The notes: generated from the sequence alone by a model not told the origin. DNA of 32,000 bases from Candidatus Saccharimonadota bacterium (GCA_016699145.1 CP064962.1:900001-932000), one strand, 5' to 3'; positions 1 to 8,126 are shown, counted from the first letter of the stretch. Made by a program: numbers and translations.

Positions 1-2
1 AA

Positions 3-428
3 AGTGTTAAGGCAGATGACTCACTGCTAGAACTATTAGACATTCCGAGTTTAGGAGAGATTTCAAGCGATCATCGGATTGCTTTTGGTGATGAATTGCC
101 GGTTCCTGCGCTCATTCTTGCAGAAAAAATGCCTTTTGATAGAAATGTAGGCGTACCTAGAAATGGAAGAAAGCAGGTGGATTACATCAGTCTAACGGAA
201 AGAGCAGACGCCATTGACGCCATTCTTCATCATCTTTTATCTTTGAGAAATCTGGGCATCGATAGCCTGAGCGGCACAATTAGAGCACTTAAAAGCGGGC
301 AAAGGTTTCTGAGGCCAAAAGAAGTTTCTCCGCTCCAGTCAGTCACACAAAGCGTAGACGTTGTCCGGCCAGCCCTTCCTACCGTAGTTGTGGTTCGCAG
401 AAATGCAGCAAATAATGCTGCAAAATAA
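3..428 (+). CDS. 3' end of a gene truncated by the left window edge; unknown function
   Basis: The frame is open from base 3 with no stop until TAA at 426-428. The TTG at 96 in the ORF track is only the first in-window start. No motif recognised. Confidence 0.45.
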   Translation, partial: SVKADDSLLELLDIPSLGEISSDHRIAFGDELPVPALILAEKMPFDRNVGVPRNGRKQVDYISLTERADAIDAILHHLLSLRNLGIDSLSGTIRALKSGQRFLRPKEVSPLQSVTQSVDVVRPALPTVVVVRRNAANNAAK

Positions 429-558
429 AAGCAGTCCTACTGAAAGGGGTGGATGAGGCCTACGTCTCTGATCAAACTTTCTACGAATTTGATTTTGCAA
501 CGAGCAGTGAGTGGTAAATCGTGAAAGTAGATCCGCAGTTGTCCCATTTATTAATCCA

Positions 559-801
559 TCATCTCATCCATTCCATCATGGGAGACATCATTTCGTCCAT
601 ACCCCGATAAGCGATGGCCGACGTTAGGAGCAATCCAAGAATGCTCACAACCAAACTCACCCACAGGATGGTCTTAAGACTTTCCTTGTTGGCAAAACGG
701 ATGAGCCAAACCACTCCTGCGGCAAAAGCAAAAAGAAATAAAAAGGCGAAGAAAAAGTGGATATGGATCCATACGGCGTAAGAAGAAGATGCGTACATCA
801 T
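559..801 (-). CDS. small 2-TM membrane protein with a Met-rich C-terminal tail
   Basis: 80 aa with two hydrophobic helices. The C-terminus reads GMDEMMSPMMEWMR. No family recognised. Confidence 0.45.
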   Translation of the reverse strand: MMYASSSYAVWIHIHFFFAFLFLFAFAAGVVWLIRFANKESLKTILWVSLVVSILGLLLTSAIAYRGMDEMMSPMMEWMR

Positions 802-825
802 ATAAAAGGGGTTAAGAAATCAGTT

Positions 826-1317
826 TTAAGGTTGAAAGTACCACTCAGGCTCAAAACGAACCTCCTTAACTTCAGAAAACTGGCTCGCAGTTCTTTCAAT
901 TTGCATCCACAGTACGCTCACTCTACAAGATCCACCACTCGTCTTATTCAGCGGATCGTCGAAGGTAAGAGTAAGCACTCCTCGTTTCAAATCTGTACCG
1001 ACGAGTTCCAAACCAGCCAAAGGATACTCTGTGCCAATCCCTCTATCTTGCTCCTCTTCCGTCAGTCCTCCTTGGATGAGAAGTTGGAGCGTATCTTCAA
1101 TAAGGGTTTCAGAATTTGGAATGATGCGCTCCACCGGCTCAAGTCCCTGCTCACTGCACATTAAATTCCCTTCCTCATCAGTGTCTTTCTCCTCATTATA
1201 GTAATAAAGTTCAACAGTTTGATTTTCCGCAACACAGTTAAAGCAAATAAAGAAGTGGAAGGCTAAAACAAGAACGGTAAGAGTAATAAGACCGATAAGA
1301 AAAATGGTTTTATTCAA
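826..1317 (-). CDS. membrane-anchored GerMN-domain protein
   Basis: N-terminal TM anchor. The stretch LQLLIQGGLTEEEQDRGIGTEYPLAGLELVG...LTLTFDDPLNKTSGGSCRVSVLWMQIERTASQFSEVKEVRFEPEWYFQP matches the GerMN-domain pattern as I recall it. Confidence 0.65.
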   Translation of the reverse strand: MNKTIFLIGLITLTVLVLAFHFFICFNCVAENQTVELYYYNEEKDTDEEGNLMCSEQGLEPVERIIPNSETLIEDTLQLLIQGGLTEEEQDRGIGTEYPLAGLELVGTDLKRGVLTLTFDDPLNKTSGGSCRVSVLWMQIERTASQFSEVKEVRFEPEWYFQP

Positions 1318-1436
1318 TGTGAATAGGTTTATTCATGCTTTCTTAAATCTCTATAAATACCTTACTCCCTAAAAGGTGCCTTGCATAATCCCAAAGGCAA
1401 ATCCAGCCACAAAGAGAAAATTTTGATGACACCTTC

Positions 1437-1591
1437 TAGAGGCTATCTCAAAAAAAAGGAAAGGACAAGAACGCAGAGGATTTTAAGCTTTTGTAAGCAA
1501 AATAATCCAGTTCTTGCCTTTAAGAGTGGAAGGATAGGCACGAAATCAGTGCCGTCCTAAGCACTCTGGTCTTTTTTTGAGATAGCCTCTA
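1437..1591. repeat. 155-bp element closed by a perfect 20-bp inverted repeat (MITE-like element or structured small RNA)
   Basis: TAGAGGCTATCTCAAAAAAA at 1437-1456 is the exact reverse complement of 1572-1591. The interior folds by eye into two further hairpins (aaggacaagaac/gttcttgcctt and ggcac-gaaatca-gtgcc). It lies in a divergent intergenic region. Confidence 0.5.
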
Positions 1592-1634
1592 AACTTGCAT
1601 GTGTTCTACTAAGATAGAGACTGAATAAAGAATC

Positions 1635-1868
1635 ATGCACCTTGCCATTTGGCTCATTTTCATTTTTCTAGGCCTAAGCTCTTTTTTAGGCTGGCTCCTT
1701 GTCGTGCACAATGTGAAAAAGTTCACAAGCTTCCAAAACGACACCTTTTTCAAAGTGAGAGCAGATCAAAGAACATCACTCCGAGCCATTCTTTTCTTGT
1801 ATGGCTTCGGCACGCTCGCCATTTTATTCCTTATTTTTGGATTTTTATATTTGAGATATGGCTTCTGA
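1635..1868 (+). CDS. small 2-TM membrane protein
   Basis: 77-aa ORF with two hydrophobic segments. It overlaps the next gene's start by 11 nt, suggesting coupling. The alternative ORF 1649..1891 is basic and low-complexity and was not preferred. Confidence 0.4.
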   Translation: MHLAIWLIFIFLGLSSFLGWLLVVHNVKKFTSFQNDTFFKVRADQRTSLRAILFLYGFGTLAILFLIFGFLYLRYGF

Positions 1869-2346
1869 AAATCAACAAGATGAAAAATTAGTAGAGCTTG
1901 TCAAAAAACATTGGATGTATTTATTCAGGCCGCTCTCTTTGTATTCATTAGGATGGGGCCTTTGCCTCACATTTTTTATTTTTGCAGACGCACTTTTCTT
2001 AGAATGGCATAACGCAAGCATGCTGTTTCTTTTGCTCGCTTTTCTACCCCTTTTGGTTGGACATCATTGGTTTTTCTTTTACCTCTTGAGCCGTGAACTA
2101 TCTCTGATTGTCATCACAGATAAACAAATTTTAAAGTTTGACTACCTTCCTCTCATCAAAAAAGATTTAGAGCTAGTGGTGGTCCATAACATTGATGAAA
2201 TTGAAGAAAAACAAGAAGGCATTTTGCAAAATATTTTTCATTATGGAACCGTGCTTATTCAGACTTCATCAGCTCCACTGCCAGTTCTTTTATGCTACAT
2301 TCCTCATCCGACGGGGTTCATTCGAAAAATAAGGGCTTTAAAATAA
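1858..2346 (+). CDS. membrane protein with two N-terminal TM helices and a soluble C-terminal domain (possibly bacterial PH/YdbS-like)
   Basis: 162 aa. The topology is a KHWMYLFRP segment, then 2 TM helices, then a roughly 70-aa beta-rich tail. The family assignment is tentative. Confidence 0.4.
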   Translation: MASENQQDEKLVELVKKHWMYLFRPLSLYSLGWGLCLTFFIFADALFLEWHNASMLFLLLAFLPLLVGHHWFFFYLLSRELSLIVITDKQILKFDYLPLIKKDLELVVVHNIDEIEEKQEGILQNIFHYGTVLIQTSSAPLPVLLCYIPHPTGFIRKIRALK

Positions 2347-2363
2347 TTTCACCATTTCATCCA

Positions 2364-2837
2364 ATGACAAAATCCTCTAAATTTTTTCTCTTCCTCTTAC
2401 GCATCAGCCTAGGTTGGATGTACCTCTACGCAGGGCTGACAAAACTTCTAGACCCCACATGGACTTCTCATGGGTACTTGGAAGGAGCGAAAGGCCTGAG
2501 TGGTTTTTATAACTGGCTGGCAACGCCCTCCGTGCTGCCAGTGGTGGATTTTATGAACGAATGGGGTCTTACTCTCCTGGGCGTTTCACTCATTCTGGGA
2601 ATCTTTGTTAGACTCAGTGGTGTCTTAGGAGCTCTGCTCATGCTCCTCTACTACTTGGCATTGGGCTTCCCTTATCCAAATGAGCACGCACTGATTGTGG
2701 ATGAACACATCATTTATATTTTTGCGCTCCTTTATTTAGCGGCCATTCAAGCTGGACGCACTTGGGGGCTTGATGAGTGGTGCAGCCGGTTGCCCATATG
2801 TAAGCGCTTTCCGAAAGTCAGGATTATTTTAGGTTGA
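2364..2837 (+). CDS. DoxX-family membrane protein
   Basis: LLRISLGWMYLYAGLTKLLDP plus 4 TM helices is typical of DoxX. The ATG at 2364 is preferred over the track start at 2292, which overlaps the upstream gene. Confidence 0.65.
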   Translation: MTKSSKFFLFLLRISLGWMYLYAGLTKLLDPTWTSHGYLEGAKGLSGFYNWLATPSVLPVVDFMNEWGLTLLGVSLILGIFVRLSGVLGALLMLLYYLALGFPYPNEHALIVDEHIIYIFALLYLAAIQAGRTWGLDEWCSRLPICKRFPKVRIILG

Positions 2838-2862
2838 ACTTACTCCCTCCAGTCCTTGGAAC

Positions 2863-2891
2863 TTGACTCGAATACCCCACTGGGGTATTCT
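2863..2891 (+). promoter_or_regulatory. csoR-1 promoter with a CsoR-type operator in the spacer
   Basis: TTGACT (2863-2868), 17-nt spacer, TATTCT (2886-2891). The 9-1-9 palindrome AATACCCCA-C-TGGGGTATT (2871-2889) lies in the spacer. The ATG at 2898 is 7 nt past the -10 hexamer. Confidence 0.55.
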
Positions 2892-2897
2892 CGGAAC

Positions 2898-3170
2898 ATG
2901 AGAAAAGACATCAAGACTAAAGCCGTCCGCCGTCTCAAGATCATTGAAGGGCAGATCCGTGGCCTTCAAAAAATGGTGGAGGATGAAAGTTACTGTGTAA
3001 ACATCATCACCCAAGCCAGCGCAATTAAAGAAGCTCTTTCTGGCGTGGAAGACTTGGTTTTAGAAAACCACCTCTCCACTCACGTTATTGAGCAGATGAA
3101 AAGCGGGAAAGAAGAACAAGCTGTGGATGAGATACTGAAGGTTTACAAACTCGCCCAAAGGAAAAAATAA
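2898..3170 (+). CDS. csoR: CsoR/RcnR-family metal-sensing repressor, copy 1
   Basis: 90 aa. RRLKIIEGQIRGLQKMVEDESYC...ENHLSTH carries C33, H58 and H62 at the canonical spacing (25, 4). The ATG at 2898 matches the start of the paralog at 28765. Confidence 0.85.
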   Translation: MRKDIKTKAVRRLKIIEGQIRGLQKMVEDESYCVNIITQASAIKEALSGVEDLVLENHLSTHVIEQMKSGKEEQAVDEILKVYKLAQRKK

Positions 3171-3180
3171 CCAATAGAGT

Positions 3181-5300
3181 ATGGAAACAGCAAGCTTCAA
3201 GATTGAAGGGATGACATGTGCTTCTTGTGTAAGCCACATTGAACACGACCTCAAGAAAACGAAAGGGGTGCATCACGTGATGGTAAATTTTGCGATGGAA
3301 CAAGCTGCTATCCACTACGACCCCGCACAGGTTTCTGAAAAAGAGCTGATCGAAGTCATTAAGAGAACGGGCTACAAAGCGGACCCTCTTGAATCCAAAG
3401 ACCATCATGACCCTCATTCTGGTCACGAAGATCACTCTGCCCATGCAGGTGCCGAGAGTTCCGAGCAAGTTATAAAAAGAAGAAGCCTATTCATCCTTTC
3501 CGCAGTCTTGAGCGTTCCTCTGCTTCTCATGAGTTTCTTCATCAACTGGAAGTTTGAGCACCATGCCATGCTCGTTCTCGCAGCGAGTATTTTGCTCGTG
3601 GGGAAAGAGTTTTTCGTTTGGCTCTAGGAACGGGAGCCGCCTTCATTTACTCGATCTATAGCCTCTTCTTCACCAATTCCATGGAAGAGTACTTCATGGA
3701 CACCGCCATCATCACGACGTTTATTCTTCTGGGCCGTTATTTAGAAGCCCTAGCAAAAGGAAGAGCCAGTGCAGCCATTCAAAAACTCTTGGCTCTTTCA
3801 GCAAAGGTGGCGCATCGAATCCATGGAAAAGAAACGGAGGACGTACCTGTGGATGAAATTAAAGAAGGTGACATTCTTTTGGTAAAACCGGGCGAGAAGA
3901 TCCCCGTGGATGGAGTGATTGTACAAGGCGAAGCAACGCTTGATGAGTCGATGGTTACAGGCGAAAGCATCCCCGTGGATAAAACGGTAGGAAGTCGAGT
4001 GATCGGCGCCACCGTGAACGGGAACACCCCCTTCCAAATGAGGGCTGAAAAGGTAGGGAAAGAAACTTTGCTCGCTCACATTGTTGAACTCGTACAGCAA
4101 GCGCAGATGTCCAAAGCGCCCATTCAAAAGTTGGTGGATCTTATTTCAGGGTATTTTGTGTGGGCAGTGATGGCGATTGCACTGGGAACCTTGATTTTTT
4201 GGATTGTGCTCACAAAAGAGGGGCCACAGGCGATTCTAGCCACCGTAACGGTGCTTATTATTGCATGCCCCTGTGCCCTCGGTCTTGCGACTCCAATCTC
4301 AATCATGGTGGGCAGTGGCAAAGGGGCATCCTTGGGAATTTTGCTCAAAAATATGGAGAGTTTGGAAACGGTGCATAAGGTGGATGCGATTGTGTTCGAT
4401 AAAACAGGCACCTTAACAAGAGGCAAGCCTGAAGTCAGGGAGTGGGAATCGGTGGACGGTGAAGAGAAGCACAACCTAGCCCTCGCACTGGCGATTGAGA
4501 CTCAAAGTGAACATCCACTTGCCGAGAGCATTGTGAACTTTGTACATGCTCAAAAGGACATTCCCCTCCTCCAAATGAGCAAGGTGAAAGCCATTACGGG
4601 AAAAGGCATTGAAGGAACTCACGACGGCAAAGTTTATATATTGGGCAGCATGAAGTATTTGAAGGAACGCGGGCTGTATAATGGCGCTCTAAAAGGCCTA
4701 CCCAAAGGACACACCATTCTTGGACTGGCGGATGAAAAGAACCTCCTCGCCTATTTTGCAGTTCAAGACCCCTTGAAGGAAAATTCAAAGGAAGCTATAG
4801 AGCGTTTGAAGGAACGAGGAGTGCGTACCATTATGCTCACAGGCGACAGTGAAGACGTGGCTCACTCCATCGCAAAACAGGTTGGGATTGATGAGGTTCA
4901 CGCCGAAGTCTCGCCTGAAGAAAAAGTGGCGCAGGTAAAGGCCCTTCAAGAACACGGGAAGATTGTGGCGATGGTTGGAGATGGCATAAATGACAGCCCC
5001 GCACTTGCTCAAGCTGACATTGGGATTGCAATGGGTACAGGGACCGACATTGCGATGGAAAGCGGAGACATTGTGCTCGTTAAGGGAGATCTCATGAAAG
5101 CGGTGGAAGCGATGGAACTTTCACAGGCGACGCTCCGTAATATCAAACAGAACCTGTTTTGGGCCTTCTTATACAATGCAATAGGTATCCCTGTAGCGGC
5201 TTTAGGATTTCTCAATCCAGCCATTTCAGCGGCAGCAATGGCTTTCTCTTCTATATCTGTAGTTCTAAATGCGCTTCGCTTAAAACGTTTTAAGGCTTAA
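3181..5300 (+). pseudogene. copA: Cu(I)-translocating P1B-type ATPase, interrupted by an internal deletion and frameshift
   Basis: Present: HMA domain GMTCASC, a His-rich linker, TM-A/TM-B, then CPC ([11 protein letters not shown]), DKTGT and [10 protein letters not shown]. The frame stops at TAG 3625-3627 (GKEFFVWL*) and resumes in the -1 frame at 3618 (LALGTGAAF). About 16 residues, including the conserved NMD motif, are missing relative to the intact paralog at 22667. Confidence 0.8.
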
Positions 5301-5310
5301 AGTAAACTCA

Positions 5311-5619
5311 ATGGACAAACTCAGCAAAAAACTCATCCTGGCCCTCATCCTTGCTTTTAGTTTCTTGCAACTCAGTTTTGCATTTTTAATGCACATTCAC
5401 GCTGATTCAATGGGAAACTGTGTCATGAACACGCATTGTGTTTTTGAGTCTTATGTGGACGAAACGGATGCCGTGATTTTTACTCCCTTGCTGTTCATAG
5501 CGCCTATCCTGTCCTTCTTTTTCATAGCCAAACCAAGCGGTTTCCGTCATTCCTTTCTTTACTCTTCCCCACCTCTTCAAAGGCGACAGTTCCTAAAAGG
5601 CATCATTCAGCGGGAGTGA
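5311..5619 (+). CDS. small membrane protein with a C-x4-HC motif, family copy 1
   Basis: 102 aa: N-terminal TM, C37-x4-H42-C43, a second hydrophobic segment, and the C-terminus LKGIIQRE. The paralog at 29057 has the same length. Confidence 0.6.
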   Translation: MDKLSKKLILALILAFSFLQLSFAFLMHIHADSMGNCVMNTHCVFESYVDETDAVIFTPLLFIAPILSFFFIAKPSGFRHSFLYSSPPLQRRQFLKGIIQRE

Positions 5620-5653
5620 AAGGCAGCTTTGCCTTTATTCCTAATGCTTTTTA

Positions 5654-6508
5654 ATGATGAAAAAACTCTCTATATTTTTAAGCCTTTTTACTCTCATTTT
5701 GAGTGCGTGCAACACTTCCGCAGAAGTAAGTATTTCTCATGCCCACGGGCTAGCGGTGGATTCGCAAAACTCAAACCGTGTCTTAATCGCTACCCACCAA
5801 GGATTGCTGAGTTGGGAGGATGGAATCCTTTCCCAAGTGGGAACCAGTCAAAGCGACCTCATGGGCTTTACCCCTCATCCATCACAAGAGAACACCTATT
5901 ATTCAAGCGGACATCCTCAAATGGGGAGCAATCTTGGTTTCCAAAAGACCAGTGACGGAGGAGAGAATTGGGAGCTCATCTCGCTCGGAAGTGACGGGCC
6001 TGTGGATTTCCATGCAATGACGATCAATTCAAAAGACCCAAATGTGGTTTATGGCTGGTATCACGGCGCTTTACAACGAAGTTTAGATGGTGGGGGTACT
6101 TGGGAAGTTTTGAATACCACCTTGAGTGAGGTCATTACTTTGAATGGGACGGCAGACGATCCATCAACGGTTTATGCAGGAACTTCGCAAGGGCTACTTG
6201 TAAGCACAGACAAAGGGGAAACGTGGGGTCTTCTAAGCGAAGACCTAATGGGCAGCGTTGTGATTGCCCTTGCCGTCAACCCTACCGATTCAATGGAAAT
6301 GCTTTCTTTTTCAGGCCGTCTAGGCCTGGCAAAGAGCACCGATGGCGGAAAAACTTGGAATTCAAGTGATGCAGAATTTGGTCAAGATTTCCCTTTGTAC
6401 ATTGCATATAGCAAAACAGAGCCGAGTACCATTTATCTCCTCACTAAAGAGAATAAACTCTACCGAAGTGTCGACGGTGGAGACACATGGAATCCGCTTG
6501 AATCCTAA
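5654..6508 (+). CDS. Asp-box (BNR-like) beta-propeller lipoprotein
   Basis: Lipobox LILSAC. Five S/T-x-D-G-G-x-T/N-W boxes (TSDGGENW, SLDGGGTW, STDKGETW, STDGGKTW, SVDGGDTW). Roughly 55% identity by eye to the C-terminal half of 29403..31289. Confidence 0.7.
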   Translation: MMKKLSIFLSLFTLILSACNTSAEVSISHAHGLAVDSQNSNRVLIATHQGLLSWEDGILSQVGTSQSDLMGFTPHPSQENTYYSSGHPQMGSNLGFQKTSDGGENWELISLGSDGPVDFHAMTINSKDPNVVYGWYHGALQRSLDGGGTWEVLNTTLSEVITLNGTADDPSTVYAGTSQGLLVSTDKGETWGLLSEDLMGSVVIALAVNPTDSMEMLSFSGRLGLAKSTDGGKTWNSSDAEFGQDFPLYIAYSKTEPSTIYLLTKENKLYRSVDGGDTWNPLES

Positions 6509-6518
6509 CTCACAGAAC

Positions 6519-7484
6519 ATGAAAAAAATAATAGCACTCAGCAGTGCAATTCTTATGGTGATTGGCCTCAGCTTAATGAACTTAGGCTCCAACATAGCTT
6601 ACTCTGAAAACATTGCAGCCGATCCCTCAGATCTCCCCGCTCCCCTTACCCGAACAGAGCCGCAAACCGTCGAGATTGAACTTGAAGCCAAGGAGGTACG
6701 ATCTGAAATCGCAGAGGGTGCCACCTACTCTTATTGGACTTTCGATGGCCAAGTGCCAGGGCCTTTCTTGCGTGTTCGCCAAGGAGACACCATCAAGCTC
6801 ACGCTCACAAATAATGAGGCAAATGAAAACCATCACAGCATTGATCTTCACGCCGTAACAGGGCCAGGAGGTGGAGCGGAAGCAACGACTGTGAAGCCTG
6901 GCGAATCCAAAACAGTAACCTTTAAGGCTCTCAACCCTGGCCTCTTTGTTTACCACTGTGCCCATCCCAGTGCGGCGGTTCATATGTCTCATGGGATGTA
7001 TGGCCTAATTTTGGTAGAACCTGAAGGGGGACTTCCACCCGTCGATCACGAGTTCTACGTCATGCAGGGCGAGTTCTACTCAAACGAGAAGAATCTCAAT
7101 GAGCCAAAGTACATTGTCTTCAATGGGAAGGGCGAATCCTTAGATGGCAAGATGATCGTCAGCGTGAACGATACGGTGCGCATTTACATGGGCAACGGCG
7201 GGGTGAACTTTATTTCTTCCTTTCATATTGTGGGTGAAATCTTTGACCAGGTTTATCCTGAAGCATCAATAGGCAACGAAACCCACAAGAATATACAAAC
7301 CACCCTTGTCCCAGCAGGAGGAGCCACGATTGTGGAGTTCACAGCAGAAATGCCTGGGGATTACTTTCTGGTCGATCATGCTCTCGCTCGTATCAGCAAA
7401 GGAGCCATAGGCACATTGACTGTGCTAGGCGAAGAAAATCATGCTATATTTGAGGGCGAGGAGGCCCACGGCCACAATCATTAA
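6519..7484 (+). CDS. NirK-like two-domain cupredoxin enzyme (copper nitrite reductase family / multicopper oxidase)
   Basis: Signal/TM segment. HHSIDLHAVTGPGGG, FVYHCAHPSAAVHMSHGMYG, SSFHIVGEIFD and LVDHALA align to the NirK type 1 and type 2 Cu ligands and to catalytic Asp/His positions. His-rich tail EEAHGHNH. The ATG at 6519 is preferred, because the track start at 6342 overlaps the previous gene. Confidence 0.75.
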   Translation: MKKIIALSSAILMVIGLSLMNLGSNIAYSENIAADPSDLPAPLTRTEPQTVEIELEAKEVRSEIAEGATYSYWTFDGQVPGPFLRVRQGDTIKLTLTNNEANENHHSIDLHAVTGPGGGAEATTVKPGESKTVTFKALNPGLFVYHCAHPSAAVHMSHGMYGLILVEPEGGLPPVDHEFYVMQGEFYSNEKNLNEPKYIVFNGKGESLDGKMIVSVNDTVRIYMGNGGVNFISSFHIVGEIFDQVYPEASIGNETHKNIQTTLVPAGGATIVEFTAEMPGDYFLVDHALARISKGAIGTLTVLGEENHAIFEGEEAHGHNH

Positions 7485-7503
7485 TTTTTAAACCTTATAT
7501 CTT

Positions 7504-8112
7504 ATGAAAAACTTTACACTTCTTTCTTCTGTTCTTGCAGCCTCCCTACTCTTGGCAGCCTGTGAAACCGAGTCCCGTGACGATGACAGGATGATGGACA
7601 ACGATTCTTCGATGATGGATCACGGCGATGAAGACATGGATCACATGATGGGAAACGGAATGATGATGGATGACGACATGATGGGGATGATGATTCGAAA
7701 TGATGAAGACTTTCTTTCAATGATGATCCCTCACCATCAGGAAGCCATTGATACGGCAAAAGTCATTTTGGAGAAGTCTGAAAATGCCGAGCTAAAAGCT
7801 TTAGCTCAAGCCATTGTGGATGCTCAAACTGCTGAAATCACTCAAATGGAAGACTGGGGAAAAGAGTGGTTTGGAACAGAATTCAAAGCAAGCGATGATT
7901 ATGAAGAGATGATGCCTGATCTCTCAGTCCTAGAAGGTGAAGAACTCGATCAAGCCTTTATTGAAGGCATGATTGAGCACCATCAAATGGCTATCATGAT
8001 GGCCATGCGACTCCAAATGATCACCGAACGTCAGGAACTTAAAGACATGGCTGATGCGATCATCGATGCCCAAAGTGCTGAAATCGATATGATGGAAGGC
8101 TGGTTGAACTAA
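7504..8112 (+). CDS. DUF305-family lipoprotein with an N-terminal Met/Asp/His-rich segment
   Basis: Lipobox LLAAC. MMDNDSSMMDHGDEDMDHMMGNGMMMDDDMMGMM, followed by two DUF305 half-repeats (PHHQEAIDTAK and EHHQMAIMMA). Confidence 0.8.
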   Translation: MKNFTLLSSVLAASLLLAACETESRDDDRMMDNDSSMMDHGDEDMDHMMGNGMMMDDDMMGMMIRNDEDFLSMMIPHHQEAIDTAKVILEKSENAELKALAQAIVDAQTAEITQMEDWGKEWFGTEFKASDDYEEMMPDLSVLEGEELDQAFIEGMIEHHQMAIMMAMRLQMITERQELKDMADAIIDAQSAEIDMMEGWLN

Positions 8113-8126
8113 TGAGCAGTAAAATG

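Noticed and set aside
757-1164. 135-aa plus-strand ORF overlapping the GerMN gene and the small membrane gene.
   Set aside because: It is antisense to a gene with a clear domain signature. Its sequence is basic and Ser/Leu/Arg-rich with no features.
1437-1591. The inverted-repeat element as SRP (4.5S) RNA or 6S RNA.
   Set aside because: On neither strand is there a GGAA/GNAR tetraloop with the flanking AGCA/GGAAGCAG symmetric-loop motif of SRP helix 8. The predicted fold is a three-way junction rather than the 6S closing stem, central bubble and terminal stem.
3601-3627. Programmed -1 ribosomal frameshift in copA, by analogy to the E. coli CopA(Z) product.
   Set aside because: The two frames are related by -1, and GAG TTT TTC is nearby. 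However, a slip would still yield a protein lacking about 16 conserved residues (the NMD region). The stop lies after TM-B rather than after the HMA domain, and there is no X XXY YYZ heptamer. A deletion pseudogene or an assembly error fits better.
3779-5224. Multiple 64-116-aa minus-strand ORFs within copA-1, and similar ones within copA-2 (22937..24421).
   Set aside because: These are antisense shadows of strongly supported P-type ATPase coding sequence. None carries a recognisable motif.
5629-6020. Alternative-frame ORFs 5629..5955 and 5820..6020 overlapping the Asp-box lipoprotein gene.
   Set aside because: They are out of frame with a gene that has a lipobox and five Asp-box motifs. They have no features of their own.
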